From positions 4,223-68,222 of the forward strand of contig JABJFI010000065.1 in assembly GCA_018662825.1 (NCBI GenBank): a DNA stretch of 64,000 nucleotides, written 5' to 3'. The stretch's first letter is position 1, and the number at the start of each line of letters is the position of its first letter. Of the stretch, positions 62,540-64,000 are shown piece by piece. The stretch comes from Methanobacteriota archaeon. GTDB lineage: Archaea; Thermoplasmatota; Poseidoniia; Poseidoniales; Poseidoniaceae. Under the pieces are notes generated by a model. It did not search any database and was not told the origin of the DNA. It saw nothing but the letters and a program-made list of their open reading frames with translations. Made by a program: the position numbers and the translations under genes.

Positions 62540-64000
62540 ATGGCAGGACACACCCGGTATGGCATTTCACACCTTCTTACGCGTAGTTCAACAGCAATCA
62601 CATTGATTTTTTTGATGGTTTTTATGGGGAGTTCACCCCTCTTTACTGCCCAAATTTCACTTGATTCCAGTGAGCATTCACCTGCTGATGGCCGTCAGGG
62701 CCTTTCAATAGAAGACGAATGTAAAGGGTTGAAGTTTGAAGACCTTTTCGATTATGATTTTGCGAATTTCATAATTAATGTTGGAGATGATTGGGCAACA
62801 GCAGAAATGGACGCTGGCTCTTTTGTTAATGGAAGTAAATCCTCGGTTGTTAGAGAAAATCTTGACGGCTTGTTCGAAGGACTCTCTGGTGGCGCGAATG
62901 AATATATCAGCACTGATGAACGTGATGCTGTTCGAGCAATTGGCCCAAAATGTATCGGGGCAATGGACACAAGACTTGGAATGCGTGAAGGAATTCCTCA
63001 CCGAGGTCAACCCGACTGGAACAACATGTCATTTGTAGAAGATGGAATTGGACTCGAAGAAATTGATTTGGTTCCAACAAACCATCCTGAGGAACGTTCA
63101 TGCCAGAATCTTGGTGCCGCACAAGGGTGCAAAGAAGTTCCAGTATCGATAACTGATGATTTACAAATTATGATGTTCTTGAAGGAGGAAGAAAGCAACA
63201 ATGTTCGATTTGACAAATTGCCAAACAGTGGGGATTCAAATTTCACTTTGGGATTAAATATTACCAATATGTCGTATGCACACCTAGAATTCAACTTCCC
63301 ACTTAAGCAGGGATTACGATTAACGAACTATTCGATTCAAGATACATTGGTAGGTACTGATGGAACAGTAACTGTTACTGAAAATACGGCATTGAGTGGT
63401 CCTGAAGCCTTGTATCTCCCTGATGGTCGACTACGAGTGAATCAGATGGTGACCTATTCGGCATCTGAATATCCACTTCTACGTGAATTATTTATTGATT
63501 TTACAACAATGGCACCAGAGACTAATGAAGACCCTGAATGGAGTTCAATCGCTCCTGAAGATGGTACGATCATCCCAATGCTTGATGGAACAAGTTCTGA
63601 AATGGTGGTAGTCAATGGTGAACGAACAGAAATGTGGGCAAGCGATGACAGTGGATGGGGATTGGATTGTAGTTTTTCTGAAACCGGTTGGTCTGCTTCT
63701 CTAGATGGTGACGGTAACATGATAGTCTCTAGACAAAGTACTTCAGCAATCTCTTCTGATGCTGAATGTTATGTCGTTGACCCGTTCGGTGCAACATCTA
63801 TTGATTCACGAAACTGGACTTTTGGCCAAGTGTTTACTTCAACTGCGGTTCTCTCTGCAACAGGAGACAATATTGAATTTACAATGACCCCAACAGGCTT
63901 GGTCAATGAAATGACGATTTCCGCACACGCTCACCAAATGAATGCAATGGGCCAAATGCGTACTGTTACACTGGCCTCAGATGCTTCAACAATTTCTTTA
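62540..64000 (+). CDS. secreted protein of unknown function, N-terminal 487 codons (runs off the window end)
   Basis: Checked codon by codon. ATG 62540 follows an in-frame TGA at 62525, and there is no stop up to 64000. The N-terminus is signal-like (AITLIFLMVFMGSSPLFTAQ). It is absent from the ORF track because it has no stop codon. Confidence 0.65.
   Translation, partial: MAGHTRYGISHLLTRSSTAITLIFLMVFMGSSPLFTAQISLDSSEHSPADGRQGLSIEDECKGLKFEDLFDYDFANFIINVGDDWATAEMDAGSFVNGSKSSVVRENLDGLFEGLSGGANEYISTDERDAVRAIGPKCIGAMDTRLGMREGIPHRGQPDWNNMSFVEDGIGLEEIDLVPTNHPEERSCQNLGAAQGCKEVPVSITDDLQIMMFLKEEESNNVRFDKLPNSGDSNFTLGLNITNMSYAHLEFNFPLKQGLRLTNYSIQDTLVGTDGTVTVTENTALSGPEALYLPDGRLRVNQMVTYSASEYPLLRELFIDFTTMAPETNEDPEWSSIAPEDGTIIPMLDGTSSEMVVVNGERTEMWASDDSGWGLDCSFSETGWSASLDGDGNMIVSRQSTSAISSDAECYVVDPFGATSIDSRNWTFGQVFTSTAVLSATGDNIEFTMTPTGLVNEMTISAHAHQMNAMGQMRTVTLASDASTISL

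Noticed and set aside
62705-63720. Minus-strand track ORFs (62705-63010, 62752-62970, 62907-63122, 63007-63294, 63454-63720)
   Set aside because: All lie opposite a continuous 487-codon plus-strand frame with a signal peptide that the track omitted because it lacks a stop codon.
1-64000. CRISPR arrays, transposases/IS elements, prophage genes, toxin-antitoxin or known defence-system genes
   Set aside because: Reading all intergenic gaps (none longer than about 170 nt) and all ORF translations turned up no repeat-spacer structure, DDE/serine/tyrosine recombinase motifs, or defence hallmark domains.

Overview
This is a densely packed chromosomal segment, roughly 95% coding by eye. I saw no rRNA, CRISPR array, transposase or integrase. 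The hallmark genes are archaeal: rpoK, purP, the aroA'/aroB' DKFP-type entry into the shikimate pathway, a GHMP-type shikimate kinase, and ribL. Many other genes look bacterial or eukaryote-like: gpsA, a PlsC-like acyltransferase, orn, tryptophan 2,3-dioxygenase, a MoeZ-type E1 and an acyl-CoA dehydrogenase. That mosaic, the aerobic-heterotroph content (heme O/A synthases, a Mo-hydroxylase, S8 proteases) and the frequent GGAGG/GAGGTGA ribosome-binding sites suggest a marine-group-II-like euryarchaeote. This placement is inference only. I call about 58 CDS, two of them truncated by the window edges and absent from the ORF track, plus one tRNA-Ser(GCU). Most interesting signals: (1) The lipoprotein binding component of a PhnC/PhnE-type ABC importer (58475-59518) reads as a single-lobe transferrin homologue. 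It keeps all four Fe(III) ligand positions and the synergistic-anion site, and two near-identical 16-bp TTTAGG..CCTAAA palindromes bracket its putative promoter. (2) A membrane-anchored protein combines a coiled coil, a DUF2135-like domain and an EF-hand pair. (3) A xanthine-dehydrogenase-family Mo-hydroxylase operon is translationally coupled to a secreted protein and abuts a DUF4350/MoxR/DUF58 module. (4) A roughly 1390-aa polytopic membrane protein with a perfect 30-bp tandem repeat sits between two S8 proteases. (5) An aspartokinase start overlaps the chorismate synthase stop at the end of the aro operon. All family calls rest on motif recognition by eye; no searches were run.
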